64,000 nt of DNA, taken from the NCBI RefSeq assembly GCF_004010195.1, contig NC_057719.1, positions 27,835,458 through 27,899,457 on the forward strand, written 5' to 3'. The stretch's first letter is position 1. Every line of letters starts with the position of its first letter. This document shows positions 37,656 to 50,510 of the stretch, in pieces. A program made the translations under genes and the position numbers. The notes beneath the pieces are model-generated. The model did not search any database and was not told where the DNA came from. It saw nothing but the letters and a program-made list of their open reading frames with translations. The DNA is from Chiloscyllium plagiosum (Eukaryota).

Positions 37656-40600
37656 CTGCTGGGATTAGAAATAAAACTGTAAGAAGTCATGCCAGTTAAC
37701 AAAAGGGGGACAAATAGCTTCACATCCATCTTAAATTCAATTCCAAAACAGGGAACGTATGGCAAGTACTGCCAATAATCAAACAAGGTGCAAAACAATC
37801 TACAATCCTGCTCAGGAAATAACAGGAAAAATACCACAACTTAACATTTTGCAGAGGGGAAAAAAAAAATGCAGTGATGTGTTTTAAGTAAACCTCAAAG
37901 TGGCTGCATTGCATATTGTTTGACTTGACTTCACAAAAACAAGTGTTAGAAACATAGCAACATAATAAAACTCTTTAAACTCAACAGTTTTGATGAGCAT
38001 CATTAACAAGTATGAGTTTTAAATATTTTATTTTAAAGTTTAGTGATTGCCCTTGAAACTTAATGTCAACTAAGTGTTAAGAATCCTAACTCTGAAAAGT
38101 ACTCTGAACTGAAATGGTTATCCATCTTTTGGAGTCTCAAATACAATGTGAAAGAAAAAATAAACAGGCTAAAAAAGACAAATAATGTGGTTATGTCTCA
38201 TTTTTATTTTACTTATAGAAAGCAAATACAGTAAGAAAACTGTTCATGGCAGGCACTGCATTGTATTGATATCAATAACAGAATTTCAGTCATTGAGCGG
38301 AAAGCTGACAGATTGAGGGGTTCAGATTAGCCTGTCAATCTGATTATTAACTGAACTACGGAATGTTTCCCCCCCATTGTACAACACCCTTCTCTCTCAA
38401 ATCAGTAAGCAACTCTTTGTTAAACAAAACAATTTGAGAATTTTCTACCTCCTATGGCAGTGAATACAAAAATCAAGTGATAAAAGGTATGTAGTCATCC
38501 TCTGCAAAATTAATCAATTATTGAGGCTCAGCAGTCAGCCAGCTCATCCAGGTCAGTAACAGCTTCTTCCGAGTCTGCTTTTGGGCCACAGCCCACTGTT
38601 TTAACTGATAGAGAATCTAGACACTCAACTTATATTTAAGTGGATATATTTCATTCCTGCCAATGGACGTAGCCCCATCACCAATTTGCCAAAATACTTC
38701 TGACCTGTTTCAAAGGCAATAATACACTCTTTCCAAAGTTCGCTGCAAAGATAGTTGGAGAGAGAACCTGAGCTAATTTCAAGCATCCCAAGTTCAGCAA
38801 GCCTGTGATCTTCCAGTCTTTGCACTGTTCTTAATTCATAATTGAGTGCATTTAAAAATAGATGCAGTTGCACGTTCTAATAGTTTGAATTCAACCAAAA
38901 ACAATGACACCAACAAGCGTCCATGGCTTAGTGCTGTATAATGCTAAAGGCATCTTCTTAATGAAAATTTTATGTTCAATTTCCACTAGCCCGACTAAAA
39001 GCCATGCCAAAATCCATTTGGTTCGAGGAGGTGCTGGGTAAGACAAAGCTAAAGATTATTCTGTGGCACTGTGATCCTTAATACCCACACCTCACCACTA
39101 GATGACACTGTAACAAAACTAAAGCAATATTTATTTCCTGAGATCAAGGATACAGAGAAGCAGCTAGATACTTAATTTTTTCTTAAAATCAATTCCAAAT
39201 GCAAGTTTTATATGAAAAACTTCAATCGTGCTGTTTTATAATTATGTAAAACAACTATAGTAACATTCAAAGGCACAAAGTCAATATTGAATTCTGACCA
39301 AATTGCCTAATTTGAACAGCTTGGATACATTCCAATTACCAGACTAATATTTCAATTGGATGTATAGTTAGATTGTAACATTACTACAATATTTGCACTA
39401 TTCAATCTTAAAAGGAATAAAGGAAAAGTTGGAGCAAAACAAGAGAGGAATGCATTATATACAAAACTTCAGATCTGAAATGTTAACACTGTTTTCCTCT
39501 CTCTACGAATGCTGCAAAACCAGAGTATCTTCGGGATTCCTTTACTGTCTTTCTTTCAGATAAAAGCTTTCCTGGTCTCAAAACGGAGTTACTTTAAGAA
39601 ATGAGCCATAGCTTAATTAGCTTGTGGATCAGTAACTTTATTAAAGGAAGTAACATCAAATATGTTCTCCTTCAGAAAAATCCAGATTTGCTACATATTT
39701 TTAAGAACAGAATTAGGCAAATACGTTTTTGTCAGTCTGATCCATCATTGAATGAAACCATGGATGATCTGCAGCTCACCTCCATTTCTTGCCTTTGCCC
39801 TATATCTATCTTCGGCTAACAAAATTATCAACCTCATTTCAAGCGATCCAGCATGAATCTTCATAAAAATTACAAACTTCTACCACTTTGGATGGAAGAT
39901 GACTTTCCTAATTTAACAGAACTTTTAGATTGCACTCTCTCAAGTTCCAGGCTTCCTAACTGGTGTCCAAAAACCTACGCTGAAAACTCAGCTCACATCA
40001 CAACAGCTTGACAATGCACAACTTTCTAAATCAATCCACATTATTCTTTAAAAATTGCCCAATGTCCCCAAGTTTACAGAACCTTTTAAAAAAAATCTGA
40101 GAACTGAATCTGCATCTTTGCCAAAAACTAATCTTATGGAGTTGGTGGCAAAGTGCTAATGTCACTGGAATGGTAATCCAAATAGAAAACTGCAATTTAA
40201 TGATCTGGGGACTCGTGTTCAAATCTTACTACGGCTGATGGTGAAATTTCAGCTCAATAAAACCTAGAATTAAAAATACCTGTCTTAAATGGTGAACACA
40301 AAACCACTGTTGATTGTTGTAAAAACACAAATTTCTTTTAGGGAAGGATATCCATCATCCAGCTTATGTGACCCCAGATCTCCATCAATGTGATTATTTC
40401 AGAGGTGAGTTGAGTCAAGTAGCAAGCCACTCCATTCCAGGACAATTGGGCATAGGCAATAAAAACAGGCCTAGCAAGGGCTGCCCACATCCAATAAACA
40501 AAAAAAGATTTACTGGCCAAGGAGGAACTCTCTCAAATTTCATTGAAATGTTGTCTTTCATGGGAGTTAACAGCACTCTTAAACTTTGCTACCACCCAGG

Positions 40601-41273
40601 ACAAAGCAGGTGATTTCTTTGGCACCAGTTCAACCACCTGAAACATTCACTCTCCTGCACTGGCACTCCATGGCAATCCACAAGCTGCAATTATCATCTT
40701 TCAAAAGGCTATTTTGCCAGCTCTTCCCAAAACTGCAATCTTTTTTGTAGTTGATGAAGAGACACGGGGGTGGGGGGGAGCAAGAGAGAGACAGAGGATG
40801 TTGCTCTGACCCACCATTGTAGCAACCATTTCATATGGCTGATCCAGTTCAGTTTCTGGTCATTGGTAATCTGCAGGATGTTGAGTGGGGAATTCAGCAT
40901 TGGTAATGTCATAAAATATCAAGGATAGTCACTGACACTTGGGTGGCAGATAACATTTATGCCTCACATCAGCTCAATATATATTTGCGGGGTAGTGAAA
41001 AGTGTTTCTCCAATTCTCAAAACGTCTCCAATTTTACACAGCATTATTCTTACATGATCCTTTGCTCATTTCATTATCAGTCTATTCATTTTCAAATTTA
41101 TACTTCCAGTATAGATGTCTATCGTCCTACTTTCATCTCTTCCTTGTATTTCACCAGTCATTTGTCAAGTCAATTGTTGTCTGTAGTGCTGTATTTTCCT
41201 ATGGTAAGGCAAGGATGCACAGGTTATGTTGATTAATCGGAACTCAAATACATTTTCCTGTTGGCACTATCCA

Positions 41274-41956
41274 TGTTACGACAGTGTAAACCCTCCTGCT
41301 TAATTTAAAACCAGTAACACAGAAAAGATTCATCCTGTGCTGCAATCTGTAAAAATTTGAGTGGCCAAGAACTATGTAAAGTTAAAATTAACAACTTTAA
41401 ATATAATAGAGAATAATTAACTCACAACTATCTACAATGCCTTACTTTAACCGGTTACCTTCCCTTCTATAAAACTAGTCCGATAAAACTCAATTATGAT
41501 TTACAGGAAAATTCAAATTTTAAAACCAGCCAGCGGTCAAATCTTTTCTTTATCTTCATCAGTAGATTGGCTCTCCAGGTCAGTGTTGAGATTTTTCTCT
41601 GTGCGAACTCCTTCTCTAGACAGGTACCTCTCAGAGTTCTGACTAGCAGTCTACAGTTGTTGGTCCTGTGACAGTTCTCCTCCCAACTGTTCAATTTTCC
41701 CCTGTCTTATACCACAAATTGTGTCATTGGTTTTTAAGGGTGTCAATATACTTAACTCAAACTTGATTGGAATTTGGTATTTTTCGGGGTATAATTTAAA
41801 CTGATTGGCCTAATTCTAATCTGTTTTGTTGTTTCCAGGCAACTTACTACTCCAGTAGCTGGAGCACATTATATTGTGTCTTGTTGAGAACACTTGGTGC
41901 TGTCACTGCTAGCTTTTACTCTCTTAAAGGTACAGTACACCCACACCTTCATAACA
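41274..41956 (-). mobile_element. Solo LTR, 683 bp
   Basis: TGTTACGA...TCATAACA termini; 4-bp TSD TCCA at 41270-41273 and 41957-41960. CCAAT boxes (about 41766, 41804) and TATAAG (41706-41711) on the minus strand. Confidence 0.85.
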
Positions 41957-43349
41957 TCCATAAGAAAGTCTGATTGTGTCGTAAGAATTGCAGCCCATTT
42001 CAACCTTTTGCAGGTACCTATCACCTGGTGACCATGGTTGTTTTTGTTTTAAGAAAAACCCTTCACCATAAAGTTTGCCCGGTAGCACAAAGATTCACAA
42101 TGTATGGGGTTGGTGGGAGGTGTGGATCCATTGGCTATAGACTAGTTTGCAGAACAGTGATGGATGAATATTTAGAGGCTGTAACAGTGGACAGAAAGCT
42201 CGGTATTTGGAAACATTAGGGCTAATAAATTAATCCTCCCCAAACCCCCAACAGAATAATTGATGTGCTTACCTCAGATGGACTGCAAAGTTGCAGAAAA
42301 CAGTTCACTACCATCTTCTTGATGACAATTAGAGATCAGGTAGTACTTTCTATCGTACAATAATCAAGCCAAACAATCATATCTTTTAATTTAAGAAAGC
42401 TGACAGAATCATAGAAGGGCCAGGTGCTGGCAGATGGGACTAGATTGGGTTGGGATATCTGGTCGGCATGAACAGGTTGGACCGAAGGGTCTGTTTCCAT
42501 GCTGTACATCTCTATGACTAAAAACCAGGAGGCCACTGTGTCTGTGCAGGCTCCCTGCAATAGTGATTTAGCTGGCCTCTCAGCCATGCTTTTTCCCTCC
42601 AAGTTGTCTTCTTTTCAGGTGCTTATCGGATTTCCTTTTGACAGCTGAGAATGCTTCCATTTCTACCATACACTTAGGCAGTACATCTGATGTTCCTAAT
42701 CAGTTGCTGCACAAAAACACCATGTTGCAATTGGGTCTTTTGTCAAACACCTCACATTGAGATCTCTGGTTCTTGACTCCTTTGCTAATGCTCTGGTCAA
42801 ATGATAATTCTGAATGGTACTAACAAATGTACTTTGAAATATCGCAAAAGAGAACAGCTTCTTCAATCTGTCCTGCTTGAGACATTTGCAAAGTATTCAT
42901 TAAGACGTGCGTTCTCTGCCTCCACAAGCAAATTTGCTTTTTGGTCTCTTTTACTGTTTATAGGCTTCTACAAGATGGAGACTTCCCTTTCTATTAGCTG
43001 CCAGTCTCTGCTCAAAGTCCTTTTGCCTATCTGATGACTTCTCCTCTGAATGTCTGATATTTACGTAAATGACTTGACACAAAATTAATAGGTGACCTCT
43101 ATGATAAGTCATTGATATCTACAAATTACTCTGTATTAAGGGATCAAATAGGTCAAATTTTTTTTAAGTTCAAGCTTGACGCTGGGGATGGTAAATCAAG
43201 TCAACATTTAAAATTTGGTAACTGCCATTAGAACACATCAACTCCCTTCACCTTGCAATTTCTCTTAACCAGATAGTAAACTAATTCAATAACTGTTAAT
43301 TCTGAAATTATAATGCAAGATTCCCTAAATAATTGTTGCACTGAACAGG

Positions 43350-44700
43350 GGTTTAATTTGATTGATTTATTGTCACATGTACCAAGATATAGTGAAAACT
43401 ATTGCTTTGCATGCTAACCAGACATATCATATCTTACACAAATAGATCAGGATAATAAGAGAGATTGCAGAATAAAGTGTTACAGCCACAGAGGTGGTGC
43501 AGAGAAAGATCAACTCTAATAATGAAAGGTTGATTCATAAGTCTGACAATAGCAGGGAAGAAGCTATTTTTAAATCTGTTGAATGTATTTTCCAACTTTG
43601 TACCTTCTGCCTGAAGGAAGGGAGTGGGAGAGAGTATAACAGGGGTAAGGAGGTGTCTTTGATTGTGTTGGCTGCTTTCCCAAGGTAAGGGGAAGTGCAG
43701 ATCGAGTCAATGGAAGGCAGTTTAGTTCCTGTGATGGGACTGGGCTGTGTTCAAAAATCGCTGCAATTTCTTGCAATCTTGGGCAAACTAATTGCCACAC
43801 CAAGCTGTGATGCATTCAGATAGGGTGCTTTCTATGGTGCATCTATAAAAATTGGTTAGAGTCATTGTGGACATTCTGAGGAAGCAGTGGCACTGGTGTG
43901 CTTTCTTGACTGTAGCACTGAGAGAGGTGCAGCAGGATAGATAGTTGGTGATATTTACTCCCAGCAACCTGGACTCTTGACCACCTCAATACCATTTATC
44001 CAGACAGGGGCATGTCCTCCACCCTACTTCCTGAAGTCGATGACCAGCTCCTTCATTTTGCTAACAGTGATGGAGATAGATTGCTGTGTTACAGCAAACT
44101 CTCTCTCTTTCCTGTACTTTGTCTTTCGCTGTTTGAGATTCGATCCACTATAAAGTGGTGTCATCAGCAAATTTGTAAATACAGTTAGTTGAATTTGGGC
44201 CATAGTTGTGAGTATATTAAGGAGTATAGTAAGGGGCTAAGTATGTGTCTTGCGGGCCAACAGTGTTGAGGATTATTGTGCAAGAGATGTTGTCGCCTAT
44301 CCTTACTTAGATCTGCAGGTCAGGAAGTTGAGGATCCAGTTGCAAAAGAGGGAGTAGAGTCATGGGTCTCAGAGTATGGAGATCCATTTGGTTGTTGATG
44401 ACAGAACTAAAATTAATAAATAGGAATCTGACGTAGGTGTTCTTGTTATTCAGATGTTCCAGGGTTGAGTTTAGGGACGGAGATGGCGTCTGCTGTGCAC
44501 CTGTGGTAGTAGGTGAATTGTGGTGGATCAAGGCAGTCTGGAATTGTTTGTGGCATTACTAACCTCACGAAGCACTTCATAATGATGGATGTCAGAGTTA
44601 CTGTGTGGCAGTCATTAAGTCATGTTGCCCAATTTCTGTTTGGCATTGGGATGATAGTGGTCTTCTTGAAGCAGGTTGAAACCTCAGTGTAGTAAGGAGG
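43350..44700 (-). mobile_element. Rex1/Babar-like LINE fragment
   Basis: ORF 44307-44531 LEHLNNKNTYVRFLFINFSS resembles the Rex1 RT motif; (TCAA)n-like 3' end near 43355. Confidence 0.7.
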
Positions 44701-47066
44701 GCTTTGACACTAATGAGGAAACACAAGTGTGAGGTGAAAAGTACTTCAAATAGGACGTATAGTTCAAAGACAGTCTCAAACGCATACATTAATCTTCCAC
44801 ATAAGTCACCTGGAACAACCCAGCAAACAGAAGGGGAAAATATCTGGGTAAACCAGTCCCTGATAGCATGGCCATGCAGGAATGTGTATACAGTATGAGC
44901 AGGTAAGGAAAGAGAGTTAAGTTGAGTTTTGTGAAACAAGACGTCTCAGATCAGGTAAGAACTCGCAGTTAATATAAGGTGGGGGGGAATCCAAGATGGC
45001 GGGGATCTAAGAGAATCACGTTGCAGAGCTCCACAATGCAGCACAAGCGGGACAAACTTTTAACCCGCCCATTGCAATATCCTGGGACTCTAGAAAGGTC
45101 ATGGAGTCCCAGGTAACTGTGAAAGGTTAACGTAACTGCATTTCATGCCGTCCAGAGATGCTGAATGAGGGAAGAGGAGCGTCTGAGGTTGCAATATCCT
45201 CGGACTCTATTACTTATCAGGCCCTGGTAAACGAGCTCGTGCAATCTCATGAGATGCTGGGTGAGCAGATAGAGGAGAAGCTGGCCCCGATCTCTATCAT
45301 GCTGCAGATGCATGAACAGCAGCTGGGAGATCTGGAAAAGAGGATGGATGAGTTTGAGCACAGAATCAGTAGTGGAAGTTAATGCCAGTTCCTCCAAGGA
45401 TAGGATCCAAGCCCTGGAGACGTAGGTCCGTAGTTTTGCACAACCAAGTGGATGATCTTAAGAACTGGTGCAGGAGAAAAAATTTTTGGATCATCAGTCT
45501 GCCTGAGGGCAAGGAAGGTGAACGGTGTGCGGAAAGCGGAATTTATTGAGGACTGGCAGCCAAAATTCTTTAACTTGGAGGCTGGCATGAGAGGCTTGAA
45601 GATTGAGAGGACACACCGGCTCATGGTACTAAGATCAGGTTTGGGTCAACGTCCTCGTCCTCTCCTGGTGCGGTTTCATCACTATAAAGATAAGGACAGA
45701 ATTGTGGAAACTTCCAGAATCCAGGGGAAGGATCCAAAGGCCCTAACTTATGAGGACTCTAAGATCATGTTCTTCCAGGACTTCTCAGTGGTGGTGATCC
45801 AGAAAAGAAAATCTTATGATGGTGTCAAGAGAAGACCGAGGGAGCTTGGGATTCAATACTCTGAGGTATCCGGCTGTGCTTCAAGTCATGTTAGATGTAT
45901 TCGTACATCTCTTTGACATGTCAGAGAAGGCAAGAGATTTTGTGGACAAATTAACCTAATCTGAACAATAGTATTTACAAACAGTAGTGTTGTGTGGGTA
46001 TGCTGTTTTTTTTAAAAAAAACCCAACAAAGGCAGAGGAAGTCCGGTTGGAGCTCTCTTTTCCTTTTTTTACCTATTGGTAATAATTTGGTTTAAATTAT
46101 GTTCGATGGCGGTTGAGATGTATACTTTCAATTTTTAAGTTATACCAAAGGGTGGGTGGGACATTTATCCCTTTTTCTCTTTAAAATAGACTTTTTTTCT
46201 TTATTCATATTGCTCTTCCAAGGTGTATTTACTTTCCTTTCTGCTTGGTTTGTGGCGTGGCTCTAGCGAGGAGGGAAAATGGTTGGGATAGCTAAATGCC
46301 TACTTCTGGGCAGTTTGGGATGGGTAGTTGCCCCTTTTGGGCAGGGGTGAATTCCCTTATTCAGCACCATTGGTGCTGTGTATGTTGTTTTTTTTGGTTT
46401 TTGTTGTTTTTAATCTTTGATGGTTTTGTAGGTTTGTTAAATGTAATAGTTTTAGTTTATGTAGTTTTTAACGTTCGATGGATCATGTGATACAAAGGCT
46501 CAGCGATTTGTGGTTCGAGTTCCTCCTCTCTGGAATTTACATGTTACTGCAGAAAGTTATACCTAATGATTAAATGGTGTACCTGGAATATCAAGGGAAG
46601 TCACTCAGCAATTAAGAAGAAGGTGGTACTTTTGAATCATAGAAAGAAGGTGGATATTGCTTTGTTACAGGAGACACATTTGGATGATAGGGAGCATTTG
46701 AAACTACAGCAGAAAGGTTTTGATCGGGTTTACTTTTCATCATTTAATACCAGAAGTAAGGGAGCGGCTATATTGGTTAGGAGGAATCTCCCATTTAAGT
46801 TACTAAATTGTGTTAAAGACATACACAGGAAGAATATGGTGTTTTAAATGTTTATTGCCCTCCAGCTCATCCCTCAAATTTTTGGTAGATACGTTTTCTA
46901 AACTGATCAGTTTTGAGCCCCGGCATATCATTATAGGGGGAGATTTCAACTGTTTCATGGATCACACAGTAGACAGGTTGCCTAAAGGCCCTTTAATACA
47001 CTCTGTACAAACTAAACAACTAGTGGATCTGTGTGCGGAGTTGAGTTGGTGGACTTCTGGAGGAGT

Positions 47067-47396
47067 CTCCACCCTACAAGCAGGGAGTTTATTTTTTTTT
47101 CCCAATCCGCACAGATGTCACACCAGGATTAATTTTTTTCTGACCCCTGTGGCAACCCTGGACCTGGTGGTACCTTGTACAATTGGTAATATTACCATCT
47201 TTGATCACACTCCAGTGTTGAAAATGTGTTGCTCCACCCTACAAGCAGGGAGTTTATTTTTTTTTCCCAATCCGCACAGATGTCACACCAGGATTATTTT
47301 TTTTCTGACCCCTGTGGCAACCCTGGACCTGGTGGTACCTTGTACAGTTGGTAATATTACCATCTTTGATCACACTCCAGTGTTGAAAATGTGTTG
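47067..47396 (+). repeat. 165-bp tandem duplication inside the L1
   Basis: 47067-47231 versus 47232-47396, about 2 substitutions. Confidence 0.92.
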
Positions 47397-47610
47397 CTGG
47401 AAAAGCGCAGCAGGTCAGGCAGCATCCAAGGAGCAGGAGAATCGACGTTTCGGGCATGAGCCCTTCTTCAGGAAAGCCCTTCGTGAAGAAGGGCTCATGC
47501 CCGAAACGTCGATTCTCCTGCTCCTTGGATGCTGCCTGACCTGCTGCGCTTTTCCAGCAATACATTTTCAGCTCTGATCTCCAGCATCTGCAGTCCTCAC
47601 TTTTCCCTTT
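47382..47610. mobile_element. Young fold-back Penelope-derived element with hammerhead motifs on both strands
   Basis: 87-bp inverted arms at 47384-47470 and 47484-47570 (1 mismatch). 12-bp TSD TCACACTCCAGT at 47370-47381 and 47611-47622. Confidence 0.9.
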
Positions 47611-48479
47611 TCACACTCCAGTACACCTGTTGGTTAAGATTAAGGACGTTACAGTGGGTTCAAGACACTGGCAAATGGATCCCTTTATCCTCAAGGATAA
47701 TAAGCTGGCAGAGTATTTCTCTAGGGAATTTCCAGCGTTCCTAGCCATTATCTCAGGCTCGGTTAGTCGTCCAACCATCCTTTGGGAAACTGCCAAAGCC
47801 TATGCAGGGGGTTAGTTATTTCCTACTTTGCCAGTGGGAAGCAGCAGAAGGACAAGCAGCAAAGTCCACTCGAGGCATGGTTGAAGGCTTACTTTGATAG
47901 GCTCTCGTTGGTCAAGCTACAGTGGATTATGGTGCTGCGGTCTGCATTGAATTCCGTGCTCACTCAGATGGCAAAGAAGGGGCTTACCTTTGCAAAGCAA
48001 AGGTTACATGAGCATGGTGACAGACCAGGCAAATAATTAGTATATCTCGCCTGGAAAAGGAATGCCCCACAACCCATTACAGCGATTAGGGAAGGGTCTG
48101 GGAACCTAACATGTGACTCCAAAACTATTAATGTGGCATTCCAGAGATTTTACTCTAAGTAAACCAATCTGAGGGTTGAGGGGAGGGGAGGGGAGGGGTG
48201 GGTCAAAATGAAATCTTTTTTAAAAAGATCTGGAGCTCCTGGGCGTGACCCCCCACAAGAATCCTTTCTCAATGCCCCCTTATCAGATCAAGAGGTGCAG
48301 GAATCTATGAAGCAGCTTCAGAGTGGAAAGATGCCTGATGAACTTCCCAGCGAATTATATAAGGAATTTATAAGCATACTATCAGGCCCAATGCTCAATA
48401 TGTTTAATGACCAATACAGCCATGATTGTCTGGCACCATCTCAGAGGCGCCAATATTTCACTTATTCTTAACAATTGGA

Positions 48480-48920
48480 TGCTGGAGGCAAGGGTAATGG
48501 GTTAACAAGGTGAAAAAGCATTCATTATGTAGTGCCATTTAATAAGATGAGGCATTCAATATGTAAAGTCAGTTAACAAGGCGAAAAGCCTTCACCATGT
48601 GAAGCCAGTTATTCATTGTTTAACAGCAGATGACTTAATCTTTACTATTGACACTCGCTGATTGTAACGGTCACCCAATCGATATATGCATGTTGCCTTA
48701 TCTGGATGCTCCTCCTTGTAAGCGACTATATAATTCCTTAAGAAACTGCTGTTCCAGAGAAGACCGAGAACTCATGTCGCTGTGCATACGGGCAATCATT
48801 CTCTCTCCCTCCAGAGTCTGGAATAAAGATGAAGGAGGTAAAACCATATTGTGTCTCAGAGGTTGCTTCGACTGATACGGGGATAGGCAAAACAGGACGA
48901 CACGTAAGCTAGCGTCAACA
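48480..48920 (+). mobile_element. Probable solo LTR, about 441 bp
   Basis: TGCTG...CAACA ends, imperfect TSD TGGA/TGGT, U3-like direct repeats, then CCAAT 48675, TATATAA 48727 and AATAAA 48822 in LTR order. Confidence 0.55.
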
Positions 48921-50039
48921 TGGTCTGCAGCCCTTCCAAATGACAAGTCAAAATGGCATGAAATTGTGAATCAATGCTGATCATGAAATGCTGCTTAATG
49001 ATACACAGCATATTGATCTTACTGAGACTTAGTTTGTAGCTACCAAAAGAAAATGTACTAAAAGGAAAGCTGCTTTAGGATTTATTAGCTTAGGGTAATA
49101 CCAAGGTTTGTGCAGAACACAATTGCTGTTGCATGAGAAGCTGTGGATTCGAGAACTTGAGTGCATAACTCAAGCTGACATTTAACTGAATGCCAGATAG
49201 TTACACACAGGGAATCACAATGGCAAAATGCTGCAGTCTCAACTTCAAGGTACCTTGATACATACTTCCATCATAATGGCTCTTGTGGAGCCTTCTATGC
49301 AAAATTTCTCCTACATTCACTTGAGCTTTGAACCAGGAAGGGGTTCTGCATCAATATGGTAGTTTTTGATCTTAAACAGGATGTAACAAATCGCTGTGCA
49401 TGTCTGACAGCTTTTACAGATCTTGTGTGCTTCAGAAGTGCCCTTAAATGTATCACAAAATACAATACCAACGACTAACACGGGCAATACTGTCACAGGA
49501 TTAAGACATAGATTGTCCTCCCAATCTAATCCCTTGATAATATCAGATCAGCAAGCCTAAACTCTGAAATTTCCTCCCTGAATACTCATTTTGTCCTTGA
49601 ACTCACCTCTTTGACTAATGTATTGGTCACCTTCCCAATACCTTGCCCTTTCAGAGAAAATCATTTTACTTTCGGCCTCAATGACTCACACGATTCTTTT
49701 TCTACAACGCGAGACACTAAATAAATCTACATTGTTGGATTTTGAAGCAAATTTGCTCAGACTACCTGAATAGATTCTTCAATGATCATAATTATAATAG
49801 AGACCAAAAAACCAATGACATTCAGCATGTGAATGCCAGACAGTGACAGGTGGGAGAAGGTCACCCTGACTTGCTGAAATCTGGGCAGTCACCAGACTGA
49901 ATGAGTTTTAAAAGAAACGAAGAAGAAATTGCTGGAAAACCTCAGTGGGTCTGGCAGCATCTTTGGGGAGAAATCAGACTTAATGTTTTGGGTCGAGTGA
50001 TCCTTTAGAGGATTAACTGATTTCTCCTCACAGACATGG

Positions 50040-50510
50040 TGTGGTGAAACGGTTAAAAATTATGTCCCAATACATGTGTGAATCTAACCGGAATGGAGGT
50101 GTTGCTTAGTCCCGTGTGAATCTTATTACACACCTCCCCGTGTGAATCTTCTTATCTGTATGTAACCAGAATGGAATGTGTTTTTTAGCCTTGCTCTGCT
50201 GTTCACATGAATGTTTATATCTGGAAAAGAGTATATCAGCTGGAAAAGTCTCCAGTTCGGTGAGTCTGCTCTGGGGTTGCGTTTAACCGCCGAGCGTGGG
50301 TTGTTGGCAACCGCTCTACGAGAACTGACGGCTCCCAGTTCCGGTAACATGTAGAGTGAGTATAAGCCAGACCCGTTGTAAGTATGAGACCTGGTTGTGG
50401 CGACGCTGCGGGGAATAAAATGCTCATATTCTAGCAGACTCGCCTCTTGGTCGTTTGTTCTGTGTCAGACTACTCTCCTACGAACCTGACCTTGAGAATT
50501 TTTTAAAACA
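50040..50510 (+). mobile_element. Solo LTR, 471 bp, inserted in a fold-back Penelope terminal-repeat element (about 49910-50580)
   Basis: TGT...ACA termini; perfect 5-bp TSD CATGG at 50035-50039 and 50511-50515. Three GTGTGAATCT repeats, TATAA 50361, AATAAA 50414, CpGs retained. Confidence 0.88.

Larger units (their letters stand above)
44978..48471 (+). mobile_element. L1-clade LINE, 5'-intact and 3'-truncated, disrupted
   Basis: 5' GGGG...CAAGATGGCG start. ORF1 LKIERTHR...PRPLLVRF...KIMFFQDFS. ORF2 APE endonuclease WNIKG...LLQETHL...GGDFN. It stops just before the RT core. Confidence 0.9.

Noticed and set aside
37656..37837. N-terminal extension of the 126-aa ORF upstream of exon 2
   Set aside because: Intronic read-through across the pyrimidine tract and acceptor; a proper exon 1 exists at 60574-60602.
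45452..48471. Functional L1 or domesticated gene
   Set aside because: Multiple frameshifts and stops, an internal insertion and duplication, and the RT core is missing.
48921..48940. Primer-binding site after the putative LTR (TGGTCTGCAG...)
   Set aside because: No tRNA 3'-end complement that I recognise and no gag/pol sequence follows; more likely a mutated TSD.
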